A stretch of 64,000 bases of DNA from an uncultured delta proteobacterium (GCA_963814585.1 CAWFDF010000009.1:96001-160000), one strand, 5' to 3'. Numbered from the stretch's first letter, positions 1 to 15,049 are shown. Notes: a model not told the origin generated them from the letters alone. Translations and numbers: made by a program.

Positions 1-713
<713 letters not shown>

Positions 714-717
<4 letters not shown>

Positions 718-1385
718 GGGCCGCCTCCGGCCGGCCGGGCCGGGGCCGGCGCCGCCCGGGGCGCGACGGGCGCCGCCTTCGGTGGGGCGGGTGCCGCCCT
801 GGGGGAGGCGGGCGTGGCCTTGCCCGGGGCGGCCGGGGCCGGCTTCCTCTGGAGCTGCTCGAGCTGCGTCGACGGGACGGTCGCCTGGACCGCCTCCTCC
901 AGCAGCACCTCGTCGGCGGCGATCAGGTAGGTGAGGCGCTTGCCGGAGACCTCGGTCTCGCCGTCCCTCAGCACCGGGTTCCCGTCGCAGATGATCCTGG
1001 CGGCGTCGCGATCGTACTGGCCCCGCTCGCAGGTCACCACCCGGGTCCCGCGGACCAGCTTCACGTCCCCCTCGCAGACGGCGAAGGCCAGGCGGCCGGT
1101 GGCGTCGTTGTCGCCGACCATCCTGCGGCAGGTGAGCGTGAGGTCGTCGCGGGTGAGGGTCACGAAGGGCTTGCCCTGCATGATGACCTTCCGCGTCGTC
1201 CAGTTGTAGCGGATGACGTCGGCGTCGACCCTGGTCGGGACCTGCCGGTCCGCGTCGGACACCAGCGGGTTGGCCGCCCTGGGCCCGGGCGCCGGCGGGG
1301 CGGTGGGCTGGGCCGGCGCGGGCCCGGGCGCCGACGGGGCGGAGGGCTGGGCCGACAGGGCGAGCAGGAGGAGGAGGGCCGTCAT
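714..1385 (-). CDS. lptA: LptA/OstA-family periplasmic LPS transport protein
   Basis: Signal peptide, beta-jellyroll-like segments (CEGDVKLVRG, GNPVLRDG, VSGKRLTY); lies between the lptC-like gene and lptB. Confidence 0.85.
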
Positions 1386-1906
1386 GGGCGGGCCGGCAGT
1401 CCGGTGACGAGGTGGGGCGCTCCGCGGATGACGAGCTCGCCGGTCGCGGCGTCGACGTCGAAGCCGGTCCCGGTGAGCCGGTAGCCGGGGCCCTCCAGCC
1501 TGACCGCCTCCTCGCCGTGGATCCCGATGCGGCCGTCGGGGCGCGGCGTGGAGACGGCGCTGGGCGTGACCGCGACGTCGGCGCCCCGGGAGGCGCGGAT
1601 GCCCCCGGTCACCCGAAAGTGGCGGTCGAGGAGGTTTCCCGAACCGGCCGGGGCGGTCACCCGGACCGTCCCGGTGGCGGTCACCTGGTCCCAGGTCAGG
1701 TCGAGCGCCGCCAGATCGGCGGTGTCGCGCCGGTAGGTGAGCCTCTGGGCCTGCCCGGAGGCGATGGTGACCCCCCTGCGGTCGAGCAGGAAGTCGACCC
1801 CATCCAGGGTCACCTCGGGGACGACCCGGCGTTGATCACCAGGGCGATCGGGCCGACAGCCCGTCACCAGGATCAGGAACACGAACGTGGCTTCCCGCAG
1901 CCCCAT
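1382..1906 (-). CDS. lptC: LptC-like LPS export protein
   Basis: N-terminal hydrophobic/lipobox-like segment, C-terminal GPGYRLTGTGFDVD; directly upstream of lptA. Confidence 0.65.
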   Translation of the reverse strand: MGLREATFVFLILVTGCRPDRPGDQRRVVPEVTLDGVDFLLDRRGVTIASGQAQRLTYRRDTADLAALDLTWDQVTATGTVRVTAPAGSGNLLDRHFRVTGGIRASRGADVAVTPSAVSTPRPDGRIGIHGEEAVRLEGPGYRLTGTGFDVDAATGELVIRGAPHLVTGLPARP

Positions 1907-1969
1907 GGGCCTCCAAGTGCCGTGAACGATAGCACTCTTTTTCGTGCCAAACCACGGGCACAGGCCTTG

Positions 1970-2884
1970 CTAGACTTTTGGGGGTTGCGTCTTCCAGCGC
2001 TCGTGCATCCAGACCCAGTCGGCCGGGTGGCGCCGGATGGCGTCCTCCAGCACCGCCTGGCAGGCGGCGGTGATCCGGAGCGCCTCGGCCTCCTTGTCGG
2101 CCGGCTTCGGGTCGTACCGGATCTCGGTCACCTCGAAGACGAACCCGTCCCCCGGCCGCTCGCTCTTGCGGTGGCTCGTCCCCACCAGGATCGGCGCCCC
2201 GGTCCGGAGCGCCAGGTCGGCAGGCGCCCGGGGCGACCAGGCCGGCCGGCCGAAGAACGGCACCCACACCCCCTGCACGTTGGTGTCCTGATCCACCAGG
2301 AGCCCGAGGACGCGGTTCTCCTTGAAGACCCGCAGGAGCGCCCGGGCCGTGGAGGCGTCCTCCCGCCACAGCGTGGTGACCGCCCCGTCCTGCCGCCACC
2401 CCTCGATCAGCCCCATCAGGCGGGCGTCGCCGCCCCGCTTGGCCACCGCCGAGACCGGCGCGCCCACCTTGGCCACCGCCCGGGCCATCAGCTCCCAGTT
2501 GCCGAGGTGGCCGGTGACGAAGACGACCCCCTTGCCCCTGGCCAGGGCGGCCTGGAGCTCGGCGCCGGACAGCTCCATGTACCGCTCGATCCGGTCCGCG
2601 TAGGAGCGGATCGAGGTGATCTCCAGCGCCGACATGCCGAGGTGGACGAACATCCGCCGGGCGATGTCCCGCCGCTCGGCCTCGGTCCTCTCGGGGAAGG
2701 CCAGCGCCAGGTGGGCGAGCGCCAGCCGGCGCGCGTCGCCGAACAGGTGGTAGCCGAGCCCGCCCAGCCAGGCGCCGATGCGGACGGCCGGGCCGAGGGG
2801 GATGAGCGCGACCAGCCGGATCAGCCCGGCCACGACCCGGGAGCGGACGCCCCGCCGGAGGCGCGTTCCCAGCGGCGGCGTCAT
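1970..2884 (-). CDS. lpxL: Lipid A late acyltransferase (LpxL/HtrB family)
   Basis: GHLGNWE, LVDQD, VPFFGRPA, WVWMHERWK motifs; ATG at 2884 just after the kdsC stop. Confidence 0.88.
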   Translation of the reverse strand: MTPPLGTRLRRGVRSRVVAGLIRLVALIPLGPAVRIGAWLGGLGYHLFGDARRLALAHLALAFPERTEAERRDIARRMFVHLGMSALEITSIRSYADRIERYMELSGAELQAALARGKGVVFVTGHLGNWELMARAVAKVGAPVSAVAKRGGDARLMGLIEGWRQDGAVTTLWREDASTARALLRVFKENRVLGLLVDQDTNVQGVWVPFFGRPAWSPRAPADLALRTGAPILVGTSHRKSERPGDGFVFEVTEIRYDPKPADKEAEALRITAACQAVLEDAIRRHPADWVWMHERWKTQPPKV

Positions 2885-2885
2885 C

Positions 2886-3425
2886 CTAGTTCGCCGCCCC
2901 CGGCCCGCGAGCCGCCGCCAGCAGGTCGCACAGCTCGCGCACCGCGCCCCGTCCGCCCGGCGCACGCGCCACGAAGTGGACCGCGGCCCGCACCGCCGGC
3001 ATGGCGTCGGCCGGGGCCGCCGAGAGACCGACCCGGCGCAGCAGCGGCAGGTCGTTCACGTCGTCGCCCATGTAGGCCACCTCGTCGTCGGGGACGCCGA
3101 GGTGGGCCAGCTGGCGGTAGCCGGCCAGCTTGTCGGCCTGGCCGAAGATCACGTGCTTCACGCCGAGCTCCTCCAGCCGGAGCCGGGTGGCCTTGCCCGG
3201 CCGGCCGGAGATGACGCCGAAGTCCAGGCGATCGCGCAGCAGGACGATGCCGAAGCCGTCGCGGACGTCGAAGGCCTTCATCAGCTCGCCCTCGGGGCCG
3301 TAGTAGAGCCGCCCGTCGGTGAGCACGCCGTCGACGTCGAGCAGCACCAGCCGGATCCGGGCGGCCTTCGCCATCAGCGCGCGCGCCGAGATGCGGGCGC
3401 GCGAGGCCGGCCTGGGCGCGGTCAC
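2886..3425 (-). CDS. kdsC: KDO 8-phosphate phosphatase (HAD family)
   Basis: DVDGVLTDG, FDVRDGFG, YMGDDVND, GGRGAVRE; GTG overlaps the kdsA stop. Confidence 0.93.
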   Translation of the reverse strand: MTAPRPASRARISARALMAKAARIRLVLLDVDGVLTDGRLYYGPEGELMKAFDVRDGFGIVLLRDRLDFGVISGRPGKATRLRLEELGVKHVIFGQADKLAGYRQLAHLGVPDDEVAYMGDDVNDLPLLRRVGLSAAPADAMPAVRAAVHFVARAPGGRGAVRELCDLLAAARGPGAAN

Positions 3426-4249
3426 GGCTGCCCCAGCGCCCGGCGCACGGCCAGCACCTCGGCCAGCACCCGGTCGGCCATGGCGAAGTCCAGGCTGTTG
3501 GGCCCGTCGCTCAGGGCCACCGAGGGATCCTCGTGGATCTCCATGAAGAGCGCGTCGATGCCCACCGCCGCCGCGGCCCGGGCCAGCGGCGCCACGAACT
3601 GCCGGTCGCCGCCGGTGACGTCGCCGGCGCCGCCGGGGAGCTGCACCGAGTGGGTGGCGTCGAGGCAGACCGGCACCCCCAGCTGGCGCATCTGCACCAG
3701 CCCGCGCATGTCGACCACCAGGTTGCCGTAGCCGAAGGTGGAGCCGCGCTCCATGAGCAGCACGTTCTGGTTGCCGGCCTCGTGGCACTTGGCCACGGCG
3801 TGGCGCATCTCCCGGGGAGCCAGGAACTGGCCCTTCTTCACCGAGACGCTGGTGCCGTGGGTGGCGCAGGCGATGACCAGGTCGGTCTGCCGGCAGAGGA
3901 AGGCCGGCACCTGCAGCACGTCCACCACCTTCCCGGCCGGCTCGGCCTGCCAGCTCTCGTGGACGTCGGTGGTGCAGGGCAGGCCGGTCTCGCGCTTCAC
4001 CGCCTGGAAGGCGGCCATCCCCACCTCCAGCCCCGGGCCGCGGTAGCTCCTTCCGCTGGAGCGGTTGGCCTTGTCGAAGCTGGCCTTGAAGACCACCGGG
4101 AGGCCGTGCCTCCCGGCCAGCGCCTTGACCTTGTGGGCGTGGCGGAGCGCGTGGGCCTCGTTCTCCAGCACGCAGGGGCCGGCGATGAGGAGCAGTGGCC
4201 TCCCATCGCCGACCTCGTACCCGCCGATGCGGGCGAGGACCTGGGACAT
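3422..4249 (-). CDS. kdsA: KDO 8-phosphate synthase
   Basis: IAGPCVLE, KASFDKANRSS, KKGQFLAP, DATHSVQLPG, SDGPN. Confidence 0.97.
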   Translation of the reverse strand: MSQVLARIGGYEVGDGRPLLLIAGPCVLENEAHALRHAHKVKALAGRHGLPVVFKASFDKANRSSGRSYRGPGLEVGMAAFQAVKRETGLPCTTDVHESWQAEPAGKVVDVLQVPAFLCRQTDLVIACATHGTSVSVKKGQFLAPREMRHAVAKCHEAGNQNVLLMERGSTFGYGNLVVDMRGLVQMRQLGVPVCLDATHSVQLPGGAGDVTGGDRQFVAPLARAAAAVGIDALFMEIHEDPSVALSDGPNSLDFAMADRVLAEVLAVRRALGQP

Positions 4250-4257
4250 GGTGTCTC

Positions 4258-6676
<2,419 letters not shown>

Positions 6677-6687
6677 TCCGGGACCGC

Positions 6688-6716
6688 AACCTACGCGCTG
6701 CGATCGATCGCGTCAA
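6688..6716 (-). promoter_or_regulatory. Sigma70-type promoter for the kdsB-pyrG operon
   Basis: Minus strand TTGACG-N17-TAGGTT about 12 bp before the kdsB start. Confidence 0.55.
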
Positions 6717-6804
6717 CCACCGTGGGGGCGGCGCGCCAACGGCCCGACTTGACACGCGGTTCCGCGCGGCGGCGCCGGACGGCGGTGGTGGTATAGCAGG
6801 GCGC

Positions 6805-7755
<951 letters not shown>

Positions 7756-7759
<4 letters not shown>

Positions 7760-8220
7760 GCTCGAGCGGACTGGCGCCGCCGGCGGGGCGGGGTGCCCTG
7801 GCGGTGATCTTCACCTCCCTGCGGACGCCCGGCGACGACGGCTACGCCCAGACCGCCGACGAGATGGTCCGACTGGCCGGTGAGCAGGACGGTTTCCTCG
7901 GCGAGGAGTCGGCGAGCGACGCGAGCGGCCTCGGCCTCACGGCCTCCTCCTGGCGCGACGAGGCGGCCCTCCGGGGCTGGCGCGAGCAGGCCGACCACCT
8001 GGCGGCCCGGGCCGCCGGGAAGGCGCGCTGGTACCGCGCCTACCGGATCCGCGTCTGCCGGGTGGAGCGGGAGTACGGGTTCGAGCGGTCGTCCAGACGT
8101 TTGGACCGCACCTGGAGTCCGCGTGTCGGTCGCAGCCTCTACCCCTCGCGCCCCTTGCCCCGCTCCGCCGCCCGCGCCGCCCTGGCGATGCGGCCGCGCT
8201 GCTTCACCGAGAGCGCATAG
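7756..8220 (+). CDS. Antibiotic biosynthesis monooxygenase (ABM) family protein
   Basis: AVIFTSLR...QDGFLGEES...WRDEAAL..WREQADH...WYRAYRIRVCRVEREY; ATGA overlap with the upstream gene; 3' end uncertain. Confidence 0.8.
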
Positions 8221-8812
8221 AATCGGGTCCGCAGCGCCTCGAGCTCGTCGGCCGGAAGGTCCCCGTGCCGCCCCCGCTCCACCTCGCGCCGGTCCACGGC
8301 GCGGGCCAGGCAGATGGCGGCCGCCACCGAGACGTTGAACGACTGCGAGAAGCCGCGCATGGGGATGGCGAAGCAGGCGTCGGCGAGCCGCTGCGCCTCC
8401 TCCGAGACCCCGGCGTGCTCGTTGCCGAAGACCAGCGCCACCGGCTCGGCGAAGGACAGCCCGGCCAGCGACCCCGACCCCTCGCCGAGGTGGGTGGCGT
8501 AGACGCGGAAGCCGCGCGCCTTCAGCGCCGCCAGGCAGGACGCGGTGTCCTTCCAGCGCACCACCTCGAGCCACTTGTCGGCGTTCTGGCTGATCTTCTT
8601 GTTGCGGTCGTAGCGCTTCTGCGGCCCGACCACGACGTGGACCTCCTGCACCCCGAAGGACTCGGCGGTGCGGAGCACGGCGCTGGTGTTCTGCGGGTCG
8701 GCGAAGGCCTCCATCACCACGGTGAGCGTGCGGGTGCGCTGCGCCACCACCGCGTCGATGCGCGCCTTCCGCTCCGGCAGCAGGAACCCGGGGTCGGAAG
8801 GCGGCCCGTCAC
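8139..8812 (-). CDS. SpoU/TrmH-family RNA 2'-O-methyltransferase (start probably affected by an indel)
   Basis: DPQNTSAVLRTAE, VFGNEHAGVS, IPMRGFSQSFNVSVA. Confidence 0.88.
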
Positions 8813-10128
8813 CGGCGGCTCCGCGTGGCGACCGCCTTCTTCGCGCCCGGCTTCGGCGCGGCCTGGACCTGGCGACGCCCTTCCTCTTCGGCGCGGCCTT
8901 CGCCATCGCCTTCGCCATCGCAGCCTTCGCCTTCGGCGCGGCCTTCGGCATCCTGGCCGCCCGCTTCGGCGCCGCCTTCACGGCTTCGCCGCCGCAGCCT
9001 CCGGGACGAACGGCTTCGGCGCCTGGCCGCGGCGCGCCTCCCCGCCAACGGCATGGTCGGCTCGGCCACCGATCGCGGCCTCCCCGCCTTCTTCGGCCGC
9101 CCGCCGCCGTGCGGCGCCACGTCGGTCCAGATGGCCGCCGCCACGTCGTCGAGCAGGGCGTCGAGCCCCTCGCGCGTGGCCGAGGAGAGCAGGTGCACCT
9201 TCACCGGCACCCGTCGCCTCGCCATGGCCCGGGCCCAGCGCTCGCCGGCGGCGCGCGCCTCCGGGATGTCGACCTTGGTGACCGCCACCACCTGCGGCTT
9301 GCCGGCCAGCTTCCTCGAGTAGAGCTTCAGCTCCCGGTTGATGGCGGCGAAGTCGGCGGCCGGAGCGCGACCCGGACCGGGGTTGGCCCCCTCCACCAGG
9401 TGGACCAGCACGCGGCAGCGCTCGACGTGGCGCAGGAACTGGTGGCCGAGTCCGGCGCCCTCGTGGGCCCCCTCGATCAGCCCCGGGATGTCGGCCACCA
9501 CGAAGCTCCGCTCGCCGCGCCACTGGGCCACGCCGAGGTTGGGGGTGATGGTGGTGAACGGGTAGTCGGCGATCCGCGGGCGGGCCCGGCTGATGACGCT
9601 GATGAGCGTCGACTTGCCGGCGTTGGGATAGCCGACGATGCCGACGTCGGCCAGCAGCTTGAGCTCGAGCTGGAGGTTCCTCTCCTCGCCCTTGGTCCCC
9701 TCCTGGGCGTAGCGCGGCGCCTGGTTGGTCGAGGTGGCGAAGTTGATGTTGCCCAGGCCGCCACGACCGCCCTTGGCGACCACCAGGCGCGGGCAGCCCG
9801 GACCCATGTCGGCCAGCGTCTCGCCGGTGCCGAGGTCGCGCACCAGCGTCCCGGGCGGCACCTTGAGGACCAGCGGCTCCCCGCTGATGCCGTTCATGTC
9901 GCGGCCATGCCCCTTGGAGCCGCTCCTGGCCCGGTGCTCGCGGACGTAGCGGTAGTCGAGCAGCGTGGAGAGCTGCGGGTCGACCTCGAGGATGACGTCG
10001 CCGCCGTCGCCGCCGTCGCCGCCGGCCGGGCCGCCCTTGGGGATGAACTTCTCCCGGCGCCAGGCGATGGCGCCGGCGCCGCCGTCGCCGGACTTCACGA
10101 AGATGCGGACCTGGTCGACGAACTTCAT
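8809..10128 (-). CDS. obgE: Obg GTPase with a K/A/P-rich C-terminal tail (tail appears frameshifted)
   Basis: MKFVDQV, GGPAGGDGG, GYPNAGKST, DYPFTT, DIPGLIEGA; follows rplU-rpmA. Confidence 0.97.
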   Translation of the reverse strand: MKFVDQVRIFVKSGDGGAGAIAWRREKFIPKGGPAGGDGGDGGDVILEVDPQLSTLLDYRYVREHRARSGSKGHGRDMNGISGEPLVLKVPPGTLVRDLGTGETLADMGPGCPRLVVAKGGRGGLGNINFATSTNQAPRYAQEGTKGEERNLQLELKLLADVGIVGYPNAGKSTLISVISRARPRIADYPFTTITPNLGVAQWRGERSFVVADIPGLIEGAHEGAGLGHQFLRHVERCRVLVHLVEGANPGPGRAPAADFAAINRELKLYSRKLAGKPQVVAVTKVDIPEARAAGERWARAMARRRVPVKVHLLSSATREGLDALLDDVAAAIWTDVAPHGGGRPKKAGRPRSVAEPTMPLAGRRAAARRRSRSSRRLRRRSREGGAEAGGQDAEGRAEGEGCDGEGDGEGRAEEEGRRQVQAAPKPGAKKAVATRSRR

Positions 10129-10215
10129 GCTGCCCCCTCGAAACGACGAGCGCCGCGCGGCCCGAGGGCCCGCGGCGCCGTGGACGGCCGACGGAGCGGC
10201 CGGGCCTGCCGGGCC

Positions 10216-10473
10216 CTAGGCCTCGGGGATCACCGAGACCACGCGGCGGTCGCCGCGGGTGCGGGTGAACTTCACCGTGCCGTCGCGGGTGGCGAAGATG
10301 GTGAAGTCCTTGCCGAGCCCGACGCCCGGGCCGGGGTGGAAGAGCGTGCCGCACTGGCGGACGATGATGTGGCCGGAGACGACCTTCTCCGAGCCGTAGA
10401 TCTTCACGCCGCGGTGCTGCCCCGGCGAGTCGCGGCCGTTCCGCGAGGAGCCCTGTCCCTTTTTGTGAGCCAT
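10216..10473 (-). CDS. rpmA: 50S ribosomal protein L27
   Basis: [16 protein letters not shown]. Confidence 0.99.
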   Translation of the reverse strand: MAHKKGQGSSRNGRDSPGQHRGVKIYGSEKVVSGHIIVRQCGTLFHPGPGVGLGKDFTIFATRDGTVKFTRTRGDRRVVSVIPEA

Positions 10474-10491
10474 GGTTCGTCCTTCCTTTCC

Positions 10492-10797
10492 CTAGGCGCG
10501 GACCGCGGTGATGAGCAGCTCGGTGAAGGGCTGCCGGTGGCCGCGCTTCTTGGTCCAGCCTTCCTTCTTCTTGCGGAAGTGGACCACCTTCTTGTGCTTG
10601 CCGTGGGCCACGATCTCGCCCTCGACCGCGGCGCCCTTGACCACCGGAGCGCCGACCTTGGCCTCGCCCTCGCCGCCGACCATCAGCGCGTCGAAGGAGA
10701 CCTTGCCGCCCACGTCGCCGGCCAGCAGCTCGACCTTGACCCGGTCGCCCTGCGCCACGCGATACTGCTTCCCGCCGGTCTTGATCACCGCGTACAT
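10492..10797 (-). CDS. rplU: 50S ribosomal protein L21
   Basis: [14 protein letters not shown]...GHRQPFT. Confidence 0.99.
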   Translation of the reverse strand: MYAVIKTGGKQYRVAQGDRVKVELLAGDVGGKVSFDALMVGGEGEAKVGAPVVKGAAVEGEIVAHGKHKKVVHFRKKKEGWTKKRGHRQPFTELLITAVRA

Positions 10798-10844
10798 CGC
10801 CTGCTCCTTGGAATTGCTGGGGTCCCGGACCTCCGGGAGGCGGC

Positions 10845-10874
10845 TCTATACGATCCGCCCGCCGCCGCTGTCAA
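10845..10874 (-). promoter_or_regulatory. Sigma70-type promoter for rplU-rpmA
   Basis: Minus strand TTGACA-N18-TATAGA. Confidence 0.65.
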
Positions 10875-10886
10875 GGATGAGCGGGA

Positions 10887-11819
10887 TCAGGGGGTTTCCA
10901 TGGAGCTCGATCCCCCGGACGAGGTAGGCGTAGCCCTCGCATGGGGGATCGGCTCGATGTCATGGAAGAGCCGGTAGTCGATCACGGCCGCGCCGTCCGG
11001 CTGGACCGCGAGGATGTCGATGAAGCGGCTGCCGAAGACCACCTCGGCCGGGCCGTAGGCGTGGCGGGCGTGGACGGTCTGGCCGAGGTGCTCGTCGAGC
11101 CCCGAGACCGAGACCATGATGGTGAGCGGCCGGCGAGCCAGCGAGGCGGCGTCGAGCCCGTGGAGCGGGCTCTCCGGCGTGATGGGGTGGACCGCCATCC
11201 AGGTGAGCGAGAACACCGAGGAGCGGGCTCTCCGCAGCTTCAGGTCGTAGACCTTGCGGATCGGCTCCCCCTCCAGGGTGGTCTCGGACCGCACCGCCAC
11301 CACCGTCAGCTCGGCCTCGACGATCTGGTTGGCGCGGGCGTTGGCCATCCGGAAGAGGAGCGAGGGGACGCCGTCGAAGGGCTGGACCACCGCCACCCGG
11401 CTGAAGAGGACGCGGGCGGTGGGGCGGGCGAACTTGGCGAAGACCAGGCCGGTGGTCACCGCCAGCCCGGCCATCCCCAGCATCACCTGGGCCAGCGAGA
11501 GCAGGTTGGCGGCGACGCCCCTCGGCACCTTGTCGCCGTAGCCGATGGTGGCCATGGTGTCGAAGGAGAAGAAGAAGGCGTCGGAGAAGGAGCCCGGCTC
11601 GGCGTTCTGGATGGCCCCGGGGCCGAGCGCCAGGTAGGCCAGCGCGAAGAGCGCGTTGATCGCCAGGTAGGCGATCCCCATCGTGGTGAAGAGGCGGGGC
11701 CAGCTCCAGGTGAGGAGCCGGTGGTAGAGGTCGCCGAGCGGCCGCCGCGGCAGGCCGACGGCGGTGACCGGGGTGCCGGTGCCGAAGGTGGTCTTGAGGA
11801 CGCTGGGGCGCTTCGTCAC
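10887..11819 (-). CDS. KirBac-type inward rectifier potassium channel
   Basis: DLYHRLL, pore TMATIGYG, FAKFARP, FRMANAR, HPITPESPL; GTG at 11819. Confidence 0.92.
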   Translation of the reverse strand: MTKRPSVLKTTFGTGTPVTAVGLPRRPLGDLYHRLLTWSWPRLFTTMGIAYLAINALFALAYLALGPGAIQNAEPGSFSDAFFFSFDTMATIGYGDKVPRGVAANLLSLAQVMLGMAGLAVTTGLVFAKFARPTARVLFSRVAVVQPFDGVPSLLFRMANARANQIVEAELTVVAVRSETTLEGEPIRKVYDLKLRRARSSVFSLTWMAVHPITPESPLHGLDAASLARRPLTIMVSVSGLDEHLGQTVHARHAYGPAEVVFGSRFIDILAVQPDGAAVIDYRLFHDIEPIPHARATPTSSGGSSSMETP

Positions 11820-12289
11820 GGCTTCACGTCGATGCCGAAGTGGCCGGGCGCCAGCCCCTTCCACGCGCAGTAATCGAGCAGCTCGCGCTTCAGGAGCCCC
11901 CAGGTGAGGGCCACCACCAGCGCGTCGTCGGTGAAGCCGAGCGGGCCGAGCAGGTCGGGGACGAGATCGAAGGGGGTGAGGACGTAGAGCCCGGCCGCGG
12001 TGAGCGCGGCGATGGCCTTCCAGGGCATCCGGTAGTCGCCCCGCACGGTGTCGCGCAGGACCATCCAGAGCAGCCGCAGCCGGGCCAGCAGGTCGGCCGG
12101 CGCGCCGCGCGCCCACCAGGGCCGGCGCTCGAGGAACCTCCCCACCCGCCCCACCGTCCCCTCCACCTCGAGCGGCGTGACGTCGGCGGCCCCGCGCGCC
12201 AGCTCGCGCGCCGCCGCCTCCCGGCAGGAGAGGCACTGGCCGTTGGTGCCGGTGCGCTGGCCGCAGGCGGGGCAGGGGGCGGAGGTCAC
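11816..12289 (-). CDS. YkvA/DUF1232 membrane protein with N-terminal CxxC...CxxC
   Basis: YVLTPFDLVPDLLGPLGFTDD motif. Confidence 0.85.
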   Translation of the reverse strand: MTSAPCPACGQRTGTNGQCLSCREAAARELARGAADVTPLEVEGTVGRVGRFLERRPWWARGAPADLLARLRLLWMVLRDTVRGDYRMPWKAIAALTAAGLYVLTPFDLVPDLLGPLGFTDDALVVALTWGLLKRELLDYCAWKGLAPGHFGIDVKP

Positions 12290-12360
12290 CAGCAGATCCT
12301 AGCGGGTCGGCCGGCGCCGCGCCGCTCCGGGAGATCCCCGGTCCGGCCGCGCACCGGGCC

Positions 12361-13374
12361 TCATGGCGCCAGCGCCTTCAAGGTCGCGGCGCCGACCGGG
12401 CGGACCAGCCCCCGCTCGGTGATGATCGCCGTCACCAGCGCCGCCGGGGTCACGTCGAAGGCCGGGTAGCGGGCCGCGACGCCCACCGGCGCGATCCGCA
12501 GCGCCCCGATCAGCACCACCTCGTCCGACGGCCGCTCCTCGATGGGGATGCCGCCGCCGGTGGCGGTCTCGAGGTCGACGGTGCTCCACGGCGCCGCCAC
12601 GTAGAAGGGGATCCCGTGGTGCGAGGCCAGCACCGCCAGGCCGTAGGTGCCGATCTTGTTGGCGACGTCGCCGTTCGCGGCGATCCGGTCGGCGCCCACC
12701 ACCACGGCCTGGATCTCGCCGCGCTGCATGAGCCAGCCGGCCATCCCGTCGGTGAGCACGGTGACCGGGATGCCGTCGCGGTGCAGCTCCCAGGCGGTGA
12801 GGCGGGCCCCCTGGAAGAAGGGCCGGGTCTCGTCGGCCAGCACCTTCACCGGGTTGCCGGCCTCGTGGGCGGCGCGGATGACGCCGAGCGCGGTGCCGTA
12901 GCCGGCGGTGGCCAGCGCCCCGGCGTTGCAGTGGGTGAGCACCGTGGCGCCGTGAGGGAGGAGCGGCGCGCCCAGCGCCCCCAGGCGCCGGCAGGCGGCC
13001 TCGTCCTCGTCGCGGATGGCGTGGGCCTCGGCCAGCAGGGCGGCCGCGCCCGCCGCCAGCTTCCTCGAGATCCGCGCCACCGCCCAGGCCAGGTTCACCG
13101 CCGTGGGGCGGGCCTTCGCCAGCATGGCCGCCGCCCGGTGCAGCTGGGCCGGCCCGGCGCCGCGGCGCGCCTCCACCGCCACCCCGTAGGCCGCGGCCAC
13201 GCCGATGGCCGGGGCGCCGCGCACCGCCAGCGTCCTGATGGCGCCGGCCACCGCCTCGGCGGAGGAGAGCTCCAGCCAGGTCTCCTCGCCGGGGAGCAGC
13301 CGCTGGTCGATCAGCCGCACCAGGTCGCGCTGCTCGTCGTAGAGGATGGGCCGGAGCGGTTCACGCAGCGTCAT
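12361..13374 (-). CDS. mtnA: S-methyl-5-thioribose-1-phosphate isomerase
   Basis: [49 protein letters not shown]. Confidence 0.96.
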   Translation of the reverse strand: MTLREPLRPILYDEQRDLVRLIDQRLLPGEETWLELSSAEAVAGAIRTLAVRGAPAIGVAAAYGVAVEARRGAGPAQLHRAAAMLAKARPTAVNLAWAVARISRKLAAGAAALLAEAHAIRDEDEAACRRLGALGAPLLPHGATVLTHCNAGALATAGYGTALGVIRAAHEAGNPVKVLADETRPFFQGARLTAWELHRDGIPVTVLTDGMAGWLMQRGEIQAVVVGADRIAANGDVANKIGTYGLAVLASHHGIPFYVAAPWSTVDLETATGGGIPIEERPSDEVVLIGALRIAPVGVAARYPAFDVTPAALVTAIITERGLVRPVGAATLKALAP

Positions 13375-13583
13375 GAGCCCTTCCGCGGCCCGATCCGGCC
13401 GGTGGCGCGCAGCAGGAAGTAGGCGGTGGCCGCGGCGCCGCCGAAGGCGTACGGGCTGCGCTCCTGGGCCAGCGCGATGGTCACGATGCCCGCGCCGACC
13501 ACCAGGGCCCAGAGGAAGCCGCGGCTCGGCCCCCCCGCGCTGCCGGCGCCGGCCGGGCCGGCGCCCCACCCGGCCCAGCTCAT
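13371..13583 (-). CDS. Small two-TM membrane protein
   Basis: Two hydrophobic segments; ATGA overlaps with both gatB and mtnA. Confidence 0.65.
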   Translation of the reverse strand: MSWAGWGAGPAGAGSAGGPSRGFLWALVVGAGIVTIALAQERSPYAFGGAAATAYFLLRATGRIGPRKGS

Positions 13584-15049
13584 GAGCCCGCCCCGAGCTT
13601 CTTCCTGAGCAGCGCGTTGACGACGCCGGGGTGGCCCTGGCCCTTGAGCGCCTTCATCACCTGGCCGACGAAGAAGCCGGTCAGGTCCTTCTTGCCGGAC
13701 CGGTGGCGCTCCACCTCGGCCGGGCTGGCCGCCAGGACGGCGTCGACGGCCGCCTCGATGGCGGCCTGGTCCGAGACCTGCGCCAGGCCGAGGCGCGGCA
13801 CCAGCTCGGCCGGGTCGCCGCCGCGACGGAAGAGCTCCTCCACCAGCAGCTTGGCCCCGGCGCCGTTGACCGTCCCGGCCTCGAGCAGCCCCAGCACCGC
13901 CGCCAGCCCGGCCGGCGTGAGCTTCCAGGATCCCGGGGGCTGGCCGGTCTCGTTCACGAGCCGCGACAGCTCGCCGATGGTCCAGTTGGCCACCTTCTTG
14001 GCCGCCTCGACGCCGCCGCCGCGCGCGGAGAGCGCCGCGTCGAAGAAGTCGGCCAGGCCGGCGTCGCCCACCAGCACGCCGGCGTCCTGGCTGGAGAGCC
14101 CCAGCTCGCGCTGGTAGCGTTCGGCCCGCGCCCGCGGCAGCTCCCCGAGCGTGGCCCGGACCCGCGCCACCAGCGCCTCGTCGACGCGGACCGGCGGCAG
14201 GTCGGGCTCGGGGAAGTAGCGGTAGTCGTGGGCCTCCTCCTTGGAGCGCATCGAGCGGGTCTCGCCGCGGGCCGGGTCGTAGAGCCGGGTCTCCTGCAGC
14301 ACCGGCTGGCCAGCCTCCACCAGGGCCACCTGCCGGCGCACCTCGAAGTCGACGGCCTGCCTCAGGAAGCGGAAGGAGTTCATGTTCTTGATCTCGGCGC
14401 GGGTGCCGTAGCTGGTGGCCCCCTTCCTCATCACCGAGACGTTGGCGTCGCAGCGGAACGAGCCCTCCTCGAGGTTGCCGTCGTTGACCCCCAGCGCCAG
14501 CAGGACGGCGCGCAGCGCCTTGAGGTACTCGACCGCCTCGTCGGCGCTGCGCAGGTCCGGCTCGCTGACGATCTCCAGCAGCGGCACGCCGGCGCGGTTG
14601 AGGTCCACGCCCGAGCCGCCGTCGGCCGCCACCTCGTGGAGGTTCTTGCCGGCGTCCTCCTCCATGTGGATGCGGGTGAGCCGGATGAGCCGCTCCCGGC
14701 CGTCCACGGTGATGGCCAGGCCGCCGCCCAGGCAGATGGGCAGCTCGTACTGGGAGATCTGGTAGCCCTTGGGCAGGTCCGGGTAGAAGTAGTTCTTGCG
14801 GGCGAAGACGCTGAGCGGCTGGATGGCGCAGCCCAGCGCCAGCCCGGTCTTCACCGCCAGCTCCACCACCCGCTCGTTGAGCGCCGGCAGGACGCCGGGC
14901 ATCCCCAGGCAGATGGGGCAGACGTGGCTGTTGGGCTCCCCGCCGAACTCGGTGGAGCAGCCGCAGAAGATCTTGGTCCGGGTGAGGAGCTGGGCGTGCA
15001 CCTCCAGCCCGATCACCACCTGGAAGTCGGCGGATCCCATGGCGCTCAC
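13580..15049 (-). CDS. gatB: Asp/Glu-tRNA amidotransferase subunit B
   Basis: [41 protein letters not shown]. Confidence 0.98.
   Translation of the reverse strand: MSAMGSADFQVVIGLEVHAQLLTRTKIFCGCSTEFGGEPNSHVCPICLGMPGVLPALNERVVELAVKTGLALGCAIQPLSVFARKNYFYPDLPKGYQISQYELPICLGGGLAITVDGRERLIRLTRIHMEEDAGKNLHEVAADGGSGVDLNRAGVPLLEIVSEPDLRSADEAVEYLKALRAVLLALGVNDGNLEEGSFRCDANVSVMRKGATSYGTRAEIKNMNSFRFLRQAVDFEVRRQVALVEAGQPVLQETRLYDPARGETRSMRSKEEAHDYRYFPEPDLPPVRVDEALVARVRATLGELPRARAERYQRELGLSSQDAGVLVGDAGLADFFDAALSARGGGVEAAKKVANWTIGELSRLVNETGQPPGSWKLTPAGLAAVLGLLEAGTVNGAGAKLLVEELFRRGGDPAELVPRLGLAQVSDQAAIEAAVDAVLAASPAEVERHRSGKKDLTGFFVGQVMKALKGQGHPGVVNALLRKKLGAGS

Noticed and set aside
1930..1952. Sigma54 promoter before lptC (minus strand TGGCACG)
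   Set aside because: The -12 GC is 13 nt from the GG instead of 10
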